Origin: Dicyema japonicum
Lineage: Eukaryota; Animalia; Dicyemida
Assembly (NCBI GenBank): GCA_011109175.1
Contig: RDEW01000004.1
Location: forward strand, 1,278,705-1,342,704
DNA length: 64,000 bases
Direction: 5' to 3'
The translations under genes were made by a program, and so were the position numbers. The notes beneath the pieces were generated by a model, which did no database searches, was not told the DNA's origin, and saw only the letters and a program-made list of their open reading frames with translations. Shown here piece by piece: positions 11,520 to 24,450 of the stretch (position 1 is the first letter of the stretch; each line of letters starts with the position of its first letter).

Positions 11520-13747
11520 CTAAGCCATAAGAAGTGAATATTGGTATTGCAAGGCATCACAAAGGGCAGCACAGAACTCACTAGAATTTGTCTCCGCGGA
11601 GGATATGTAGGACGTAATTGCAAAGATGATATGCTCGTCCTGAGGATTATAACAGATCCCATATCCATCTTGGCAGGCTGGTCCAAAAACAAGTACACCA
11701 TCTTCTGGCATCGGGACCTTAAAATCCCTCACATTTATGAACCTGACTCGTGGACAGTCGGAAGAGGAAAAAATTCTTATAAGCCTCGTCATTGAAAAAC
11801 TGGGGAGGAGTCATCCTATTCTCCAAAAAGGCCCACTTAATAGCGTTCAGGTATCGGTCTGTCCCTTCCCCAGACAGAGTCTACAGTGAAAAAGAAGTCA
11901 AACCTTCAGAGAAATCTTTGAGTGAGCAGCCACAGCATTTTTCAAAAGTTCCCGCTTAACTGAGTTACTCGTTGTGGGGCAGTCAGCTTCTACTACAAAT
12001 TTGCAAGCGGACTCTGTGCAAGATCTAATCGTGTCTGTTCTCCCTCCAATGAATCTCCGAGTCGCCCCGGATTCGTATGTTGCAGTGAAATTCTTATGTA
12101 GCCTAAAACTCGCCACAAAACCCAAACCTGTAATAAACCAGCTGATAGGCCACCTGGATGAATGCATCCGGAGACATTTTGAAGGTTTTAATCACATTCT
12201 TCCCAAATCTGTCGAATTTAAGATACTTGCAGTCAACATTTTCGATTTTCCTCAAAATATTGACAAATCCAACTTATTTATGTACAAGGAAGCATTCTCT
12301 ATGTCTTCTTGGATCTCCTTATTGATATTCCAGGTCAGTTTGGTCGGCTTTTCACCAGAAGAGGTCGAACAGTCCAATTCTTCAAATGCATGACTACCAT
12401 AAACAAGACACAAACGTGTCGGGGTAAACAATCATCTGTGCCAATTTGGCCAGAGCAACCCCCTCAGCCGGAGTGTGCTCGTAGGTGAACCCGTAACAAC
12501 CGTCTTCTAGTTTGTAGATAAGCTAATTCAGTTAAATTAACGAATACTTGCAAAGTCTTGTCGAACCAACGATTTCCAGTGTATAACCCTCTGCCGTGGA
12601 GCATGTGATGAAGGAGACCATCCTTGTAGTCTTCCTGAGGGCTGACGGTGGGGGACTCTTCCGTAACTTTACAGGGTACCGTCAATGCAGAGAATAAAGA
12701 GAGAATTCAGGATATTTTTCATATTTTGCTTGTTTTTAGGGTCTGAGGTTACAATTGAGCCAAAATACCATAATGAAGTCGTGTGAAGGAGGTCGCCCAC
12801 TCAGTCCGAGACCAGGAAGTGAGGACTCCGACTCTGGGTTCATCTGCCGAGTTAATCTCACTATTTTGGACGAAGAAATTTTCTAGTTGATTTTCCAAGG
12901 CGGAGAGTGAGAGAGGCTTGCCTTCCCGGTCATACAAATCGAAGCGGAAAAACTTGGTAAAAAAACATAATACAGCATTCTTGTAAGCAATAGTGATATG
13001 ATTCGATATATATTTGTGCATTTGGTCCTCATATGGAAGTGGGATTCTGCAGACTCCCAGGATGTAATAGTACTGCTGCATGCAGAGAGGATACTTCCCC
13101 ACAATCTCAGTTTTTAGCTTTCCCCTGCAATATATCAGAATTTTTATGAAAAAAAAAATTTAGCATAAAAGTAAAAATCCTTAAAATTCAAATTATAAAA
13201 ACAAATATTAAAATAAGTAAATAATAATTGAATAAAAAATATAAAATTAATTAATTATTTAAAATATTAATTACACAGAAATTATGTGTGGTTTTGGATG
13301 GCAAACCTTTCAAGAATATTCTTATAAAGGATTATGGACTGCAAGATTTCGGCAATGGCCCTATTTTATACTAAAATAGTCACAACCTCGAATGCGACTT
13401 GCTTTCGGATTTTTGGCCCAAAAGTAGCCCAGGACTTGTCGTGATCACCAACGAGTCCCTAGATTTCAAATATCCGTATTTTAGCCAGTAGTCGCTCAGC
13501 TAAAATTAGGAAACTAAGAAACCCAGTTATCCTCGACCTTCGCCTTCTCCAACAACAAATTTTGCATTTTTTGTACGTTTTTGTCATCCAACAGTAATCT
13601 AGCATTCTTTAGTCATAAATTTGAAGGAACCTGTAAATTCTGTTCAAATTGCGATTCGGTCGTTAGTCGCTTAACTTCGAGAAGATAATCATTTATTGTT
13701 TCCGATAAACAGGGGATGGGGAGTTTTGGAAGGGAGGAGCACGTCAT
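11520..13747 (-). CDS. CRAT: Carnitine O-acetyltransferase-like (choline/carnitine acyltransferase family)
   Basis: Spliced: LPKLPIP, EDNW|LSDYW, YPLCMQQY..CRIP, NRWFDKTLQ, catalytic YEHTPAEG, SPDAFIQ, TYESG.TRRF..GRTDTIRS, FRLSTSQ|, FGP..DGYGICY. Introns are 21-26 nt except one AT-rich intron of about 180 nt (~13128-13307). Confidence 0.9.
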
Positions 13748-14029
13748 TCTTTGGTGCTTCGTGATATTTACCTAAAAATTAAGAGTAGACAATCGGACAA
13801 ATTAAAAATTAACTTTAATTACCAAAACATCGTAGAATTTGCATATTATTTGTGGTCGAAATCTAAAGCCGAGCATTAACGTAGCCGTAATTTTGAATAT
13901 TAACTAATTTTTAATTGATATTTTTTAAATATATTATGTTTTGTTTTTTTTAACAAATTTAAATTTGTTTGCTCAAAATCACAAGTTAAAGCAGAAATCA
14001 CAAAGAAGCTTTGAAATAGGATACAGAAT

Positions 14030-14280
14030 GACAGAGCATTGGATTTCAGAAAAGAAAGGCCAGCACCGACATTTTTTGAGTCGGATGTCTGTTCTATCTG
14101 AGAGTCGCTAATATAAATAATGATGACTTTTCAGGTGGAGTCCTTAAGATCTTGGCTGTCGAGTGACCTATAGATTATTTTACGTTAACTTATTGGGATT
14201 GGACACGTGGATGATTATGAAGTCAATGTCGATAGCCTTAAAGAAAACTCGTTTATCGAGCTACTTTTTACAATATTGGG
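14030..14280 (+). mobile_element. LINE RT fragment (RTE-like)
   Basis: GFQKRKASTDIF-like motif, degraded. Confidence 0.4.
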
Positions 14281-14738
14281 ATGTATTGTTGAGTTTGGGC
14301 GTATAGTAAAAAAACCACAAATTATAATTACTTTTAATTTATTGGTTAAATTACATTGAGTGTCCCTTGCCATTTAGATAGTTAAGAACACCGGCCTCAT
14401 TAACTTGTAGGAGGCTATTCACTAGGACGCAGCAAATGCCGGAGCACCGAGTTGATAGGAGTTATTTATTAACTTAAGAACACCAATAGACAATTTAATT
14501 ACGCGTCACCTTGTTCGTCTTTTATGGAGGCGCTCAGTGCACTTTAAAAAAGACCATTCGCTCATAGTTGACAAGAATATGATTTGTTGGTTTGAATATT
14601 TGAATAATTTAAATTAATCATTTATTAATAAATTGTTAAAAGTTAATTTTTAGGAGTCTCCATTATAGTCTGTAGGCATTCCGGGGGGTTACCCCTCATG
14701 ACCGCGAGCCAATGTTCTGGAAGAGCCATCGTTTAAAT

Positions 14739-15696
14739 CAGGGGTTCTCAACCATTTTTTACTCGTCGATTACTTTTTTTTCGACTCCCCTAATATTTAA
14801 TCGACCCCTTAAAACTTTTGTTTATTTAAACAGACAATTCTAAGTAAAATTAGTTAACTATCTAAAATGAATTCATTGTTAATAATCAAATCAAACAAAA
14901 AAAGTATATACTCGATGTGAAGTTGGTATCTTAGCATAAATCTATAATAAAAAAAGAATTAAATACCAATGGGATCCTTGTGACTGACGTTTTTGACCAA
15001 AGATTCAATACCTGGCTCTATTTGTGTATTTTTAAACGAATATCTCCTCTAATGGATACATCCAATCTGTTTCGTTATTTATTTACAATTCGATGTAGAA
15101 TGCTAAATCCGCATTCAATCCTGTGGCGAATTGAATCATTGCTAATTGGTACGGATTTTAAAATTTCGTCGAGATTTAAACCCATCAGATCTGATATAGA
15201 TGGTTGATGAAATTTTCACCAGAAACAAGAGAACTCTCATTTTTGGAAATAATCATTGCAAATTTATAGAATGCAATTAGTTCTAAATAAATTTATAAAT
15301 AACAACTATTTGTAAAAACAGTGTCAATCGTTTTTTGTTTACGAAAGGAATTTTTAATTCTTTAAAATACTCTAATGGTTTATCTTTTTTATCCGAAAGT
15401 TTTCTCCTAAGATGTTCCAACAATTTGGATTGTTTCATTGCATTATTTGATGATGACTTATTACACAGTAACCAATATGGTCTATTATCAATAGAATTTT
15501 TTAAAACCAAATGCCAAATATTCATATTGACGAATTTTTAATGTAGAAGGACGACTTATACACGGACAAAAACAAGCATAGTATTTTTAAAAATTTTAAA
15601 GAACAAAGGATTACCACTTTAAAAATAAACTAACTTAATTTAAAATGAAAAAAAAATATATTAAATTTATTTTCGACCCCAGGTTGAGAACCGCTG
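14739..15696 (-). mobile_element. Internally deleted hAT (Buster/Charlie-like) DNA transposon with TIRs and 8-bp TSD
   Basis: TIRs CAGGGGTTCTCAACC / GGTTGAGAACCGCTG; perfect TSD GTTTAAAT (14731-14738 and 15697-15704); transposase remnants LLCNK..NAMKQSKLLEHL, VPISNDSIRHRI, QGSH. Confidence 0.92.
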
Positions 15697-16299
15697 GTTT
15701 AAATAACGATTGAGGCATAAATGTGCAATTACCAGAAATTGAAAATAAGCGGATTATCCGTCGAGTAAGCAGATTATCTTGTTTGTTTACTAAGAATTAT
15801 TGTTAAAGAATTAATAACTACGATTTTTTGACAATCGATTAATTTAATTAAAAATCAAAAAATTAGAATTAGAGGTTCGTAGTCCTAACTGCGCGGCTAT
15901 TCCCCCTCCGGATTTCGAAATAAAGCCATTTTTCCCGTTCCGACTCAGGACAGAGTTTGCCGCGTTCCTTTCATTTTAGGGCAGAAAAGATTCGAACTGA
16001 GATTATAGCGTTTTAAAGCAAGGAAAAGACCAAATGTGGATTCATTTTTAAGAAATAATCGTTATTAATTCTTGATGTTGAACAAAAAATCATCACATGT
16101 TCCACGATCAGAGGCCAAGAACTAATCGTAGAGGGAGAATCAAGGTATGATTTTCACTTCTTTTTAGTTGTTGCATATGAGTCCCTTTAGATGACTTTGC
16201 TCCGTAGTGAAATGTTCACAGAGGGAGAATCAAGGTATGATTTTCACTTCTTTTTAGTTGTTGCATATGAGTACCTTTAGATGATTTTGCTCCGTAGTG

Positions 16300-16420
16300 A
16301 AATGTTCACTGATGTCTGGATCACTCATCAATCCAAAGCATCGTAAATACGTGATACCTTCAGTCAGAATGTACAGCAGCGAGATTCGAACCAGGAGTCA
16401 TCAAGCCTTTTTGCAGTCTA
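16300..16420 (-). mobile_element. tRNA-derived SINE-like repeat
   Basis: Minus strand has GACTGCAAA...CCTGGTTCGAATCTC (B-box-like), then GCTGCTGTACATTCTGACTGAAGG. A second copy lies at ~62130-62230. Confidence 0.5.
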
Positions 16421-16495
16421 CTTATTCGTAATATTGTTGAATTTTGCCCATTAAATGATCATTCGGTCGATTGAACAATTTATTATGTTAGTATA

Positions 16496-17913
16496 TCAAG
16501 AATGCGTCAATTCCTTTAGTTTATTCGCTAAATCAGACAATTCCTTCAGTTTTTGGCCATTGATCGCTGGTTCCTGTTTTAAAACAACCTGCTTTGATAA
16601 CTTTTCGCTCATTTTAGTGAGTTTGTCGTCTCTCATTTCAATCTAAACGCTTAGTTGACTCGAACTTCAGATTTTAGGTCTCCGATATTTTCCGTTAACA
16701 GCGTTTTGTCCCTCCGTAGTGCGGAATTTGTATTTTCCAGACTTTTGATCAAATTCCCGAGTTCTTTTGCATGTGTTTTCTGCGTCCTACAACAAAACTC
16801 CTTCTTTTTAAGCTTTATTTCCATTTCCGAGAGCTACTTTACACTTTCGACGAAACCTGCTTTTTCAGGTCGGCGGCTTTTTCGACTTGGTTTGTGTAGG
16901 AAATCAAAAGTTCGCCGTTTTTTAGACTCAGACGTTCTATTTCTTGGCTCTTTGCTGAATTTTCAGAATTTCTTTTAATTTCCTCATCCTAAATAGACAG
17001 AATTCAAAACGTGCTTTATTTTCTGATTCAACTCAAAAATTTCCTGGCTTAGTTCTGCCTTTTGGCGAATGAATTCCCCGCAGTTTTGCTGCAATTTCTT
17101 TTCGAGTTCGGTCTTTTTTTCAATTTCGAACTCTGCCTTTGTTAACTTTTCTCTCAAATCTGTAATTTCTAGCTTTTTTTGTTGTCTAATTTTCTTACCC
17201 TCAGTGAGTTTATCAGCTTGTCTCTGAGTACTGAATCACCCCCAGGTCCAGCTAATTCCTCAGTGTTTTCAGAAACTTGACTTTTCTCTGCATTTTCCTG
17301 CTGAAACTGCATTATTTCCCTATCTTGAGTTTCGATCTGAGTTTCAGACCAACAACGGAACCTTCTGAGAAAGACTTTCAATCTTTTCCTGCAATGTCTG
17401 CTGTTTTTCGTATTCACGGTCCAAATCCTTGGTTAGGGATTCAAATTCAGCTTCTCTGCATTGACTTCGTTCTTTTAGGGACAAAATTTGTGACTCAAGG
17501 TCGCTAACTTGTAACAAAAGTTTGGTTTTTTCTTCTAAAAATTAAACTGAAAAATCTACGCTTTGATTCCTGCAAGAGGACTTCATCCTCCTTCAATTTA
17601 TTTTTTAAAATATTTGATAAATTTTCACTTTCTTGGTGCAAAGTCTAAAAAAGTATTCTCCCTACTGAAATTTGAGTTATCATTTTTTCCACGTCGACGT
17701 CTTTCTTTGCCTTTTCCTGTTCTTCCAGTTTTTCCTTGCTGATTTTAAACATTTAGATATTTACAGATATTTTATTTCCAGTTCATAAAAGTGGAGTTGC
17801 TTTTCCAGATTCATCACATAAGATTGCTCAATCGCCCGTGAATCCGAAGCTCCAGTGCTAGGAAATAAACGCGAAAGAAAATACAAGGTTCTTTCCGTTG
17901 TAATGGGCAACAT
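16496..17913 (-). CDS. Uncharacterised coiled-coil protein, multi-exon
   Basis: ATG 17913: MLPITTERTLYF...YVMNLEKQLHFYELEIKYL|; K/E-rich heptad exons with ~23-26 nt introns; ends LKELTHS*. Internal exons not all resolved. Confidence 0.65.
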
Positions 17914-18548
17914 TGATTTACTAAAATCGGGGATTACAGTTTGTAGTTGTATCGGATGCTTTTCTACACTAGCATGGACTATTGTGGAGATTTGCAGTCA
18001 AACCTGTTTTTTTGGGTCTGATGTTACCTTTCATTGGCATCCTGTCGTATCCTGGCAACAAATTTTGTTTAATTTTATTTTTCTGTCAATTAAAAATATT
18101 ATTTAAATATTTTTATTTTTTAAATGTTTTCCTGGAAGACATGCTTACGTTAGATTATTCGAAAAAAATAACCAATTGACTAGTGACTAAGATTTCTACA
18201 AAAACATAAACGTACTCATGGAATCAGGGGTCCTGAAAACAACATCAACCTGCTTCCAATCACTTTCTGATCTAAAAATCCGTTTCATATGCGGTTTTTG
18301 GGTGTGAATAAAAAATAAATTTGGTTTAATTTTGAAAACAATGGCTACCCACTTACTCCATAACCACCAATAATAGTTTTTTAGTAACGAAGAGATGTCG
18401 GGTCCCTCACTACAGGAACCAATGTAAAACCCAAGACACGATGAAATACGAAACATATGACTGAACTATTCTGAGAAAGACTAATGGGTGGCCGAGGTTA
18501 TGACAATTTGCTGTTGTTTAGCAGATTATTATTAAAAAAAGAAATTTA

Positions 18549-20405
18549 TCAATTAGTACCTAAAGGATTGTACCCTTCACGCTCACCTTCTCTTGGTTGC
18601 CAAGGTTCCTCAGTCACTTTATACTGCCAATTAGAATGAGGGACATACACGTCTCTTATATTCGTAAAATCCAACAGCGTATGTACAAATTACGATGATT
18701 GGGAAGGAGAAAGTGATAACATTCAGGGCTTTTGCTTGCTGTGTCGTCGCAGAATCTGCATAACCAAATTCTACGAAATTAGACAGGAGGATGGCCTAAA
18801 GTCATGCGAAATTAATACAAAAAGACAGATTGGAGATACTAGGAGCCACATGGCTTTCCAATAATAATTGACCTTTTTGCCCACCATGAACTCCATGTCA
18901 TAAACAAAGTTTTTCATTCCTAGAATTGGAAAACCGCAAAAACCATAAACGTGTATAACAGCTATTAATTCGGCAATTCCTATCCAAAAGAAGGACATTG
19001 ATAGTCCGTTGTCGATGATATCCAACAGAAAGCGTCCCCCCTTCATTGAGAATTCTCACAACCTGGAAGCACATGGGAATTCCAAAAATGAAACTTACAC
19101 TGCAAACTAGCATTCTGAACAAAATGCTTTTTCTGCGGTTCATATTGGGTATCATGTTTTCCAAAGGGTACAGGAGACCCTCGGTGATGGTACCCTGAGA
19201 ATGTTTAACAAGGTCAACCATAGAACCAATTCCAAGCAGAATCATCATTAAAAAAAAAAATGTTGACCATAACTGAGATATAGGGAGTTTAGATAAACCG
19301 GTTGGGTACGCAATGAAGACTAATCCGAATCCTTAGATCAAAACTCACGAACCGACCTTGTTTGACTACTTCGGGGACCGTTTTATTCGCAGTGTAAGCC
19401 AAATAGCCTGTTATCGAAAAAACGGCAAATCCCACGTAAAAGGAAGTCGCACAATTTAATATGGGGACCAAAACCCCATCACGAATGGCGTCATATTTGA
19501 ATTTGTTGTGACTGGACAAACTGATGATCCCCCCAATGGCGATAGAGAGCGAATAAAATATCTGAGATCCAGCATCTTTCCACACCTGAAATGATTTTTG
19601 ATTATACACGTGGTTCAGCAAGTTTTTTCACGTTCGGTTTTAGGTAAAAGCTTATTCCGTTTTTGGATCCTGGAAGTAACGCGGAACGAATGACCAAACA
19701 AGACATCATAAAATACGGAAATATCCCGGTAATGTAGGCCACCTTCAATTCAGGAAATCATAAACTTTTCCAAGGGATTTAATTGAGGTGGACAAGCAAA
19801 GGAAAACGAAAAACCAGGCAAAAAAATATCCAACAATCATGTTGCTCTTAATATGGCCATATACTCCGTACTCGGCGGTGGATCCCAATATTCTGTTGCT
19901 TAGATGTCAAAATGCACAAATACTAGAAAAATTGTTCGGCTTCCATTCCTGGTGTGCAGTTTCTGTTCCAGCTGGCATTGCAGAGAGTCCACGGTAGAAC
20001 TTTTCTCCATGAAAAAAATAAATATTGAAGACAAATGGAAATAATAACGTTGTAGTAGCAACCAAATGCAAACGTAATGAGAATACAGCTGTACCCGATC
20101 CCTGTGCTAACTAAAGAGACTCACCTCTAAATAGAGGAGCGATATTCCAGCATTTCACGCTATCAAGTCCGGAAAACTGTCCGAGGGCGATTTCTACGAA
20201 GAATACAGGAATTCCGATCACCGCCAAACTCAGAAAATATGGCAAAAGAAATGCGCCTACGAAAATTTGTAATAAGTCTACCTCCCCCATTTTTATAGCA
20301 CAAGTAAGGAAACCGCCAAACGTTGCCCAACCCGACAGCAAACGACAGCAAAGTTAGAATAAACTCTATCTTTCTCACCCAAAGCAATCGAGAGTTATAA
20401 CCCAT
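18549..20405 (-). CDS. SLC6 sodium:neurotransmitter/amino-acid symporter
   Basis: [20 protein letters not shown]|[48 protein letters not shown]. Introns 22-25 nt; the 3' end is tentative. Confidence 0.9.
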
Positions 20406-20892
20406 TTATAACGTTTCTGATTTCCCAATTTATATCTTGAAAACCACAAATTTAGTGTTTAACCATAATTTTATGAGATAAACACACGATCAATTTGTCT
20501 GTACTTACCCACAATGTAGACCAATATTGTATGGGGTAGAAAAAGCATGAGGAACGATATTTTTGGGATTTTAAAGCATAATCAGTATTTTAGAAATTAG
20601 ATAACACCACGGCCATATTAGTCTATATAGATTAAAATATAATCCAAAAAGGGGGAGTAGAGTTTACATCCATATTGAGGGTACGAGGTCTCATCTAGTT
20701 AAAAACTGTAAGAAATTTGAATAAAAGACTCTTGTTTGAAACAGGACAAGATTATTCTCGAAGAGCAACTTGAATAATCATTCTCTCTTCTTATTTCGTA
20801 GACAAGTCAGTATATGTATAATTTTATGTGGTGAGGTGGGTAAACATAACGTCATGTAGTTTCGTTTAGAGTAAAGAAACAATCAGTACCCG

Positions 20893-20964
20893 CCCTGACT
20901 GCGTGGCTATTCCCCTCAGATGGGGAGCGAGATTCGCTCAAATAGCAGCAGTGCTCACGAAGAT
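20893..20964 (+). repeat. Structured dispersed repeat (copy A)
   Basis: CCCTGACTGCGTGGCTATTCCCCTCAGATGGGGAGCGAGATTCGCTCAAATAGC; stems GCTATT/AATAGC and GAGCGA/TCGCTC. Confidence 0.7.
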
Positions 20965-21039
20965 TGTCTCCTTATTTTAATATATTGAAGTTTTAAGGTA
21001 AATGATAATTAAAACAAATTAGTATGACCGAACTAAATG

Positions 21040-23199
21040 TTAATATTTGCGGACGAATGGGGCTAAAGTCGGGCACTCTTCGTACAACGTCTTATCAATA
21101 ACAGGTCGATATTTCAAACTAATCTAAACCATAAATAAAAGTCATACCTCCCCCGTATTTTCATCATAGTAGGACAGCGTGTGCTTCCTCCAATGATCTT
21201 CAAATTTACTTGGATGCTGTCCTTCGAGATCCTTAGAATAGTCAAGCTCATCAATTCGGTTCTAAAACAGTAAAATCGTGGTCATACTGGATAATCCTCC
21301 CGAGAATGGGCTCCACGACTTTCCTTTCTAGCCTCCGCACCATAAATTGTTTGAAGGGAGCAAATCATCAAATTTTCTAGTTCCAAAGTCTCAATCAGAT
21401 CAGTATTCCAGATCAGGGTCTTATCGACGACCTACAATGACGAACTCAGTGAACCTTTATGTCATCCTTCAGCGCCTTACGAAGAACATTGATCTTCTCG
21501 ATGCCAGCTTGCAAGGTCGGACCATCACGAAAAACGGCCGCATGCTCTTGATTTGCCTTTTGCATTTTCAGACGAATTTCGGGCGCTGTGAGAGATCCCT
21601 TGGAATTCAAAAGTCGGTCAACATGGTCAATTGAAGCCTGGCCAGCGTCCTAACTTTATATTGACAATTCTGTCACCTTGGGTAGATCAGGGACAGCCGA
21701 ATTGGGTTCCGTCGTTTCCGTGATAGAATTTGCACAGGCACGACCAAACACGACCAGATCAAGCAACGAATTTGCACCGAGTCTATTGGCTCCGTGGACA
21801 TTCGCACAGGCGCCTTCACCACAAGCATACAAACCAGGGATAATAACGTCTCGCCCATCAACGTGATCAACGACCTGCCCCTTCCAGTTTGTAGGGGTCC
21901 CACCCATATTATAGTGCACTGTAGGCAACACGGGAATCGCCTCTTTGCTCACGTCAACCCCCGAGAAAATCATGGCTGTCTCAGAAATTCCAGGAAGGCG
22001 TTGCTCGATCAATTTTTTGTCCAAATGATGGAGTTGTAGTAGCACGTGGTCTTTCTCCGGTCCACAACCTCTATAAAATTACCTAAATTGACAAACCTCC
22101 CAGCTCTGATCTCCATCGTTGCCGAACGAGAAACAACATCCCGGGAAGCCAAATCCTTAGCAGTTGGAGCATAATTTGGCATGAATCTCTCTCCCTCTGA
22201 GTTGACAAGATATCCACCTTCGCCTCTGACTCCCTCGGTGATCAAGCAGCCGGCGCCATAAATCCCTAAGATCTCAGTTTCTCAGAATACCAGTTGGATG
22301 GAACTGCACAAACTCCATATCTTGTCCAGGGACTCCACTACGTGCTGCTATTCCCAATCCATCCCCAGTACAGGCGTGAGCCCCCGTACATGAGAAATAT
22401 GATCTCCCGTAGCCTCTAATACCCGTAAATATGAGCTACTGCCCAGTTGCCAAGACTGTGTTGGGGGCGTTGAATCTGTGGAAAGTCCCGTCCTCCAGAC
22501 ATAGAGCTATTACTCCGCGGCACGCTCCGTTGACCATCATCAAATCAAGTGCAAAATATTCCACAAAGTATTTAGTCTCATAAAATAATGACTAAAGTGA
22601 AAATCAAGTATTACTCTTCCGTATAACGTGTGGAGCATAGAATGACCAGTTCTGTCAGCCACAGCACAGCACCGATGGGCTTGACCCCCTTTTCCATAGT
22701 TTATGCTTTGTCCACCGAAGGCTCGTTGATAAATCTTTCCGTTTTCAAGTCGACTGAAAGGCATTCCGTAGTTTTCCAGTTCCAACACGACCTTAGGGGC
22801 TTCTTTAGTCATGTAAGAGATAGCATCCTGATCACCTAGCCAGTCAGATCCTTTCACAGTATCATAAAAGTGGTATTTCCAGTCGTCTTCCTCCATGTTG
22901 CTCAGAGCCGCGTTGATGCCTCCCTGGGAATATGTGGAAATAAAACCTGGGCAGCAACGGTGTGAGAGCGAGTTGGAAACAGTTTTGTAACACAGGCGAC
23001 CTTATAACCTTTGCTTGCTAATCCAAAGGCTGCTCGCAACCCCGAACCGCCCGCGCCGACAACTACGGCGTCGTACTTGTGGTCCACAACCTTGTACTGT
23101 CCAGTTGTTAAGGTACGTTGTTGTTTTAAAAAAAGGCTCCTTAAATTCGCGTAAAGAACCCTCTATAAAATTAATCTTTGTTGATACGGAGGCAAGCAT
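21040..23199 (-). CDS. SDHA: Succinate dehydrogenase flavoprotein subunit, 11 exons
   Basis: Fully reconstructed: [21 protein letters not shown]|GGINAAL, ATG|GYG, QFHPT|[34 protein letters not shown], ...PFVRKY*. Ten introns of 25, 23, 23, 27, 25, 26, 27, 23, 26 and 24 nt. Confidence 0.97.
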
Positions 23200-23759
23200 A
23201 AGAAAATTGATATTTAAATTTTTATGATTAAAAATTTATTATTAAATTTTATGATAAAGCTTAACTATTAATTATGCTAACAAATATCAGTTGTTTTTTA
23301 AATTAGGTCATTTTGGTCCCGCGTCAGATCATTTACGATGTTAAATTTAAATTAAATTTATTGAACCAGAAAACACCTCATAGCCAAAATGAAAAAATTC
23401 AGGTGATCCCGACCTCCCTCAGCATTCTTCGCATACTCGTACTTGAAGAATGTGCAATCCAGGGAGTACTTCTCTGGATGGTTGTTGACTAATAGTCTTT
23501 TTGGATATAATTTAGGATTATATCTAGCACTACCTGAGTTTGTGAACCACATGACGCACGCTAGCAATTCAAGCTTCATGGAGCTAAGGGGAATAGGAGG
23601 AACAAAAAAACGAATAAAAAATCTTCAATTTAAGTAGCTATATAGAACCACACTAATTTAATTTCTTAATATTATTAAAAATTGTTTATTTTTAAAAACA
23701 TTGTTGTTAGATTTGAATAAATAAACTTAAACATTAATAAATTAATTGGAAAACTAATT

Positions 23760-24450
23760 CTCGATCAGATTAAACCTTATCTCCCAGACGTATCATTCCA
23801 ACCTGACTTTAAGAAGGCCCGTTCCACAACTACCCAGCTTACTTGCTTGACAAAATTCATCAAGGAAGAACTTCAACGCAAACCTCGTCATCAAAAGACC
23901 ATTATGTGTTCCATTGACATAAAGAAGGCTTTTTACTCAACACCGAGGAAACTCTCACTAGGAAGATTTGTGGCTTTAACATTCCGAACAACCTAACTTC
24001 CTCACCGGACGAAGAGGAAGAGTAATCTCCAATTCCACATCTTCAGTCACCAAATATCTGCCGAACGGGGTCCCGCAAAAATCTCCCTCTATCCGATTCT
24101 CTTCAACCTATTCATGAGCGACATACCTTCCTACAGTTGCGACGATACCCTATTCCTTGTTTACACCGACGACTTAATCCTGGGAACAAGATATTAGTGC
24201 ATCCACACAGCTGTTACCCATTTACAAGATTCACTGGATAACCTGAACTGTTGGCTTACGAGAAACCAACTACACACAAGTCCTTAAAAGTCGTGCTCTA
24301 TGATCTTTACTTCCAATTGAAGATTGACCAACTCGACGCCTTCATTGACTCTAAGTAGGATAACAACTTCCTTCACAATTTCAACAAAAATATTGGAGGT
24401 CACATATGAACCACTAATGACCTTTATTTTTTATTATTATTAAAAAGCAC
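23760..24450 (+). mobile_element. Jockey/I-like LINE RT fragment
   Basis: FKKARSTTTQL, IDIKKAF, GVPQKSPLSPILFNLFMSD, YTDDL. Its 5' part is duplicated at ~24770-24900. Confidence 0.7.

Noticed and set aside
18196-18456. 86-aa minus-strand ORF downstream of SLC6
   Set aside because: No recognisable motif and no convincing splice model.
20893-20964. HDV-like or hammerhead ribozyme call for the structured repeat
   Set aside because: No P3/L3 of the right size, no matching P1 strands and no CUGANGA/GAAA core. Kept only as an unclassified structured repeat.
21347-22039. Antisense and alternative-frame ORFs over SDHA (similar ones over CRAT and ZMYM)
   Set aside because: Shadow ORFs of relatively GC-rich coding exons.
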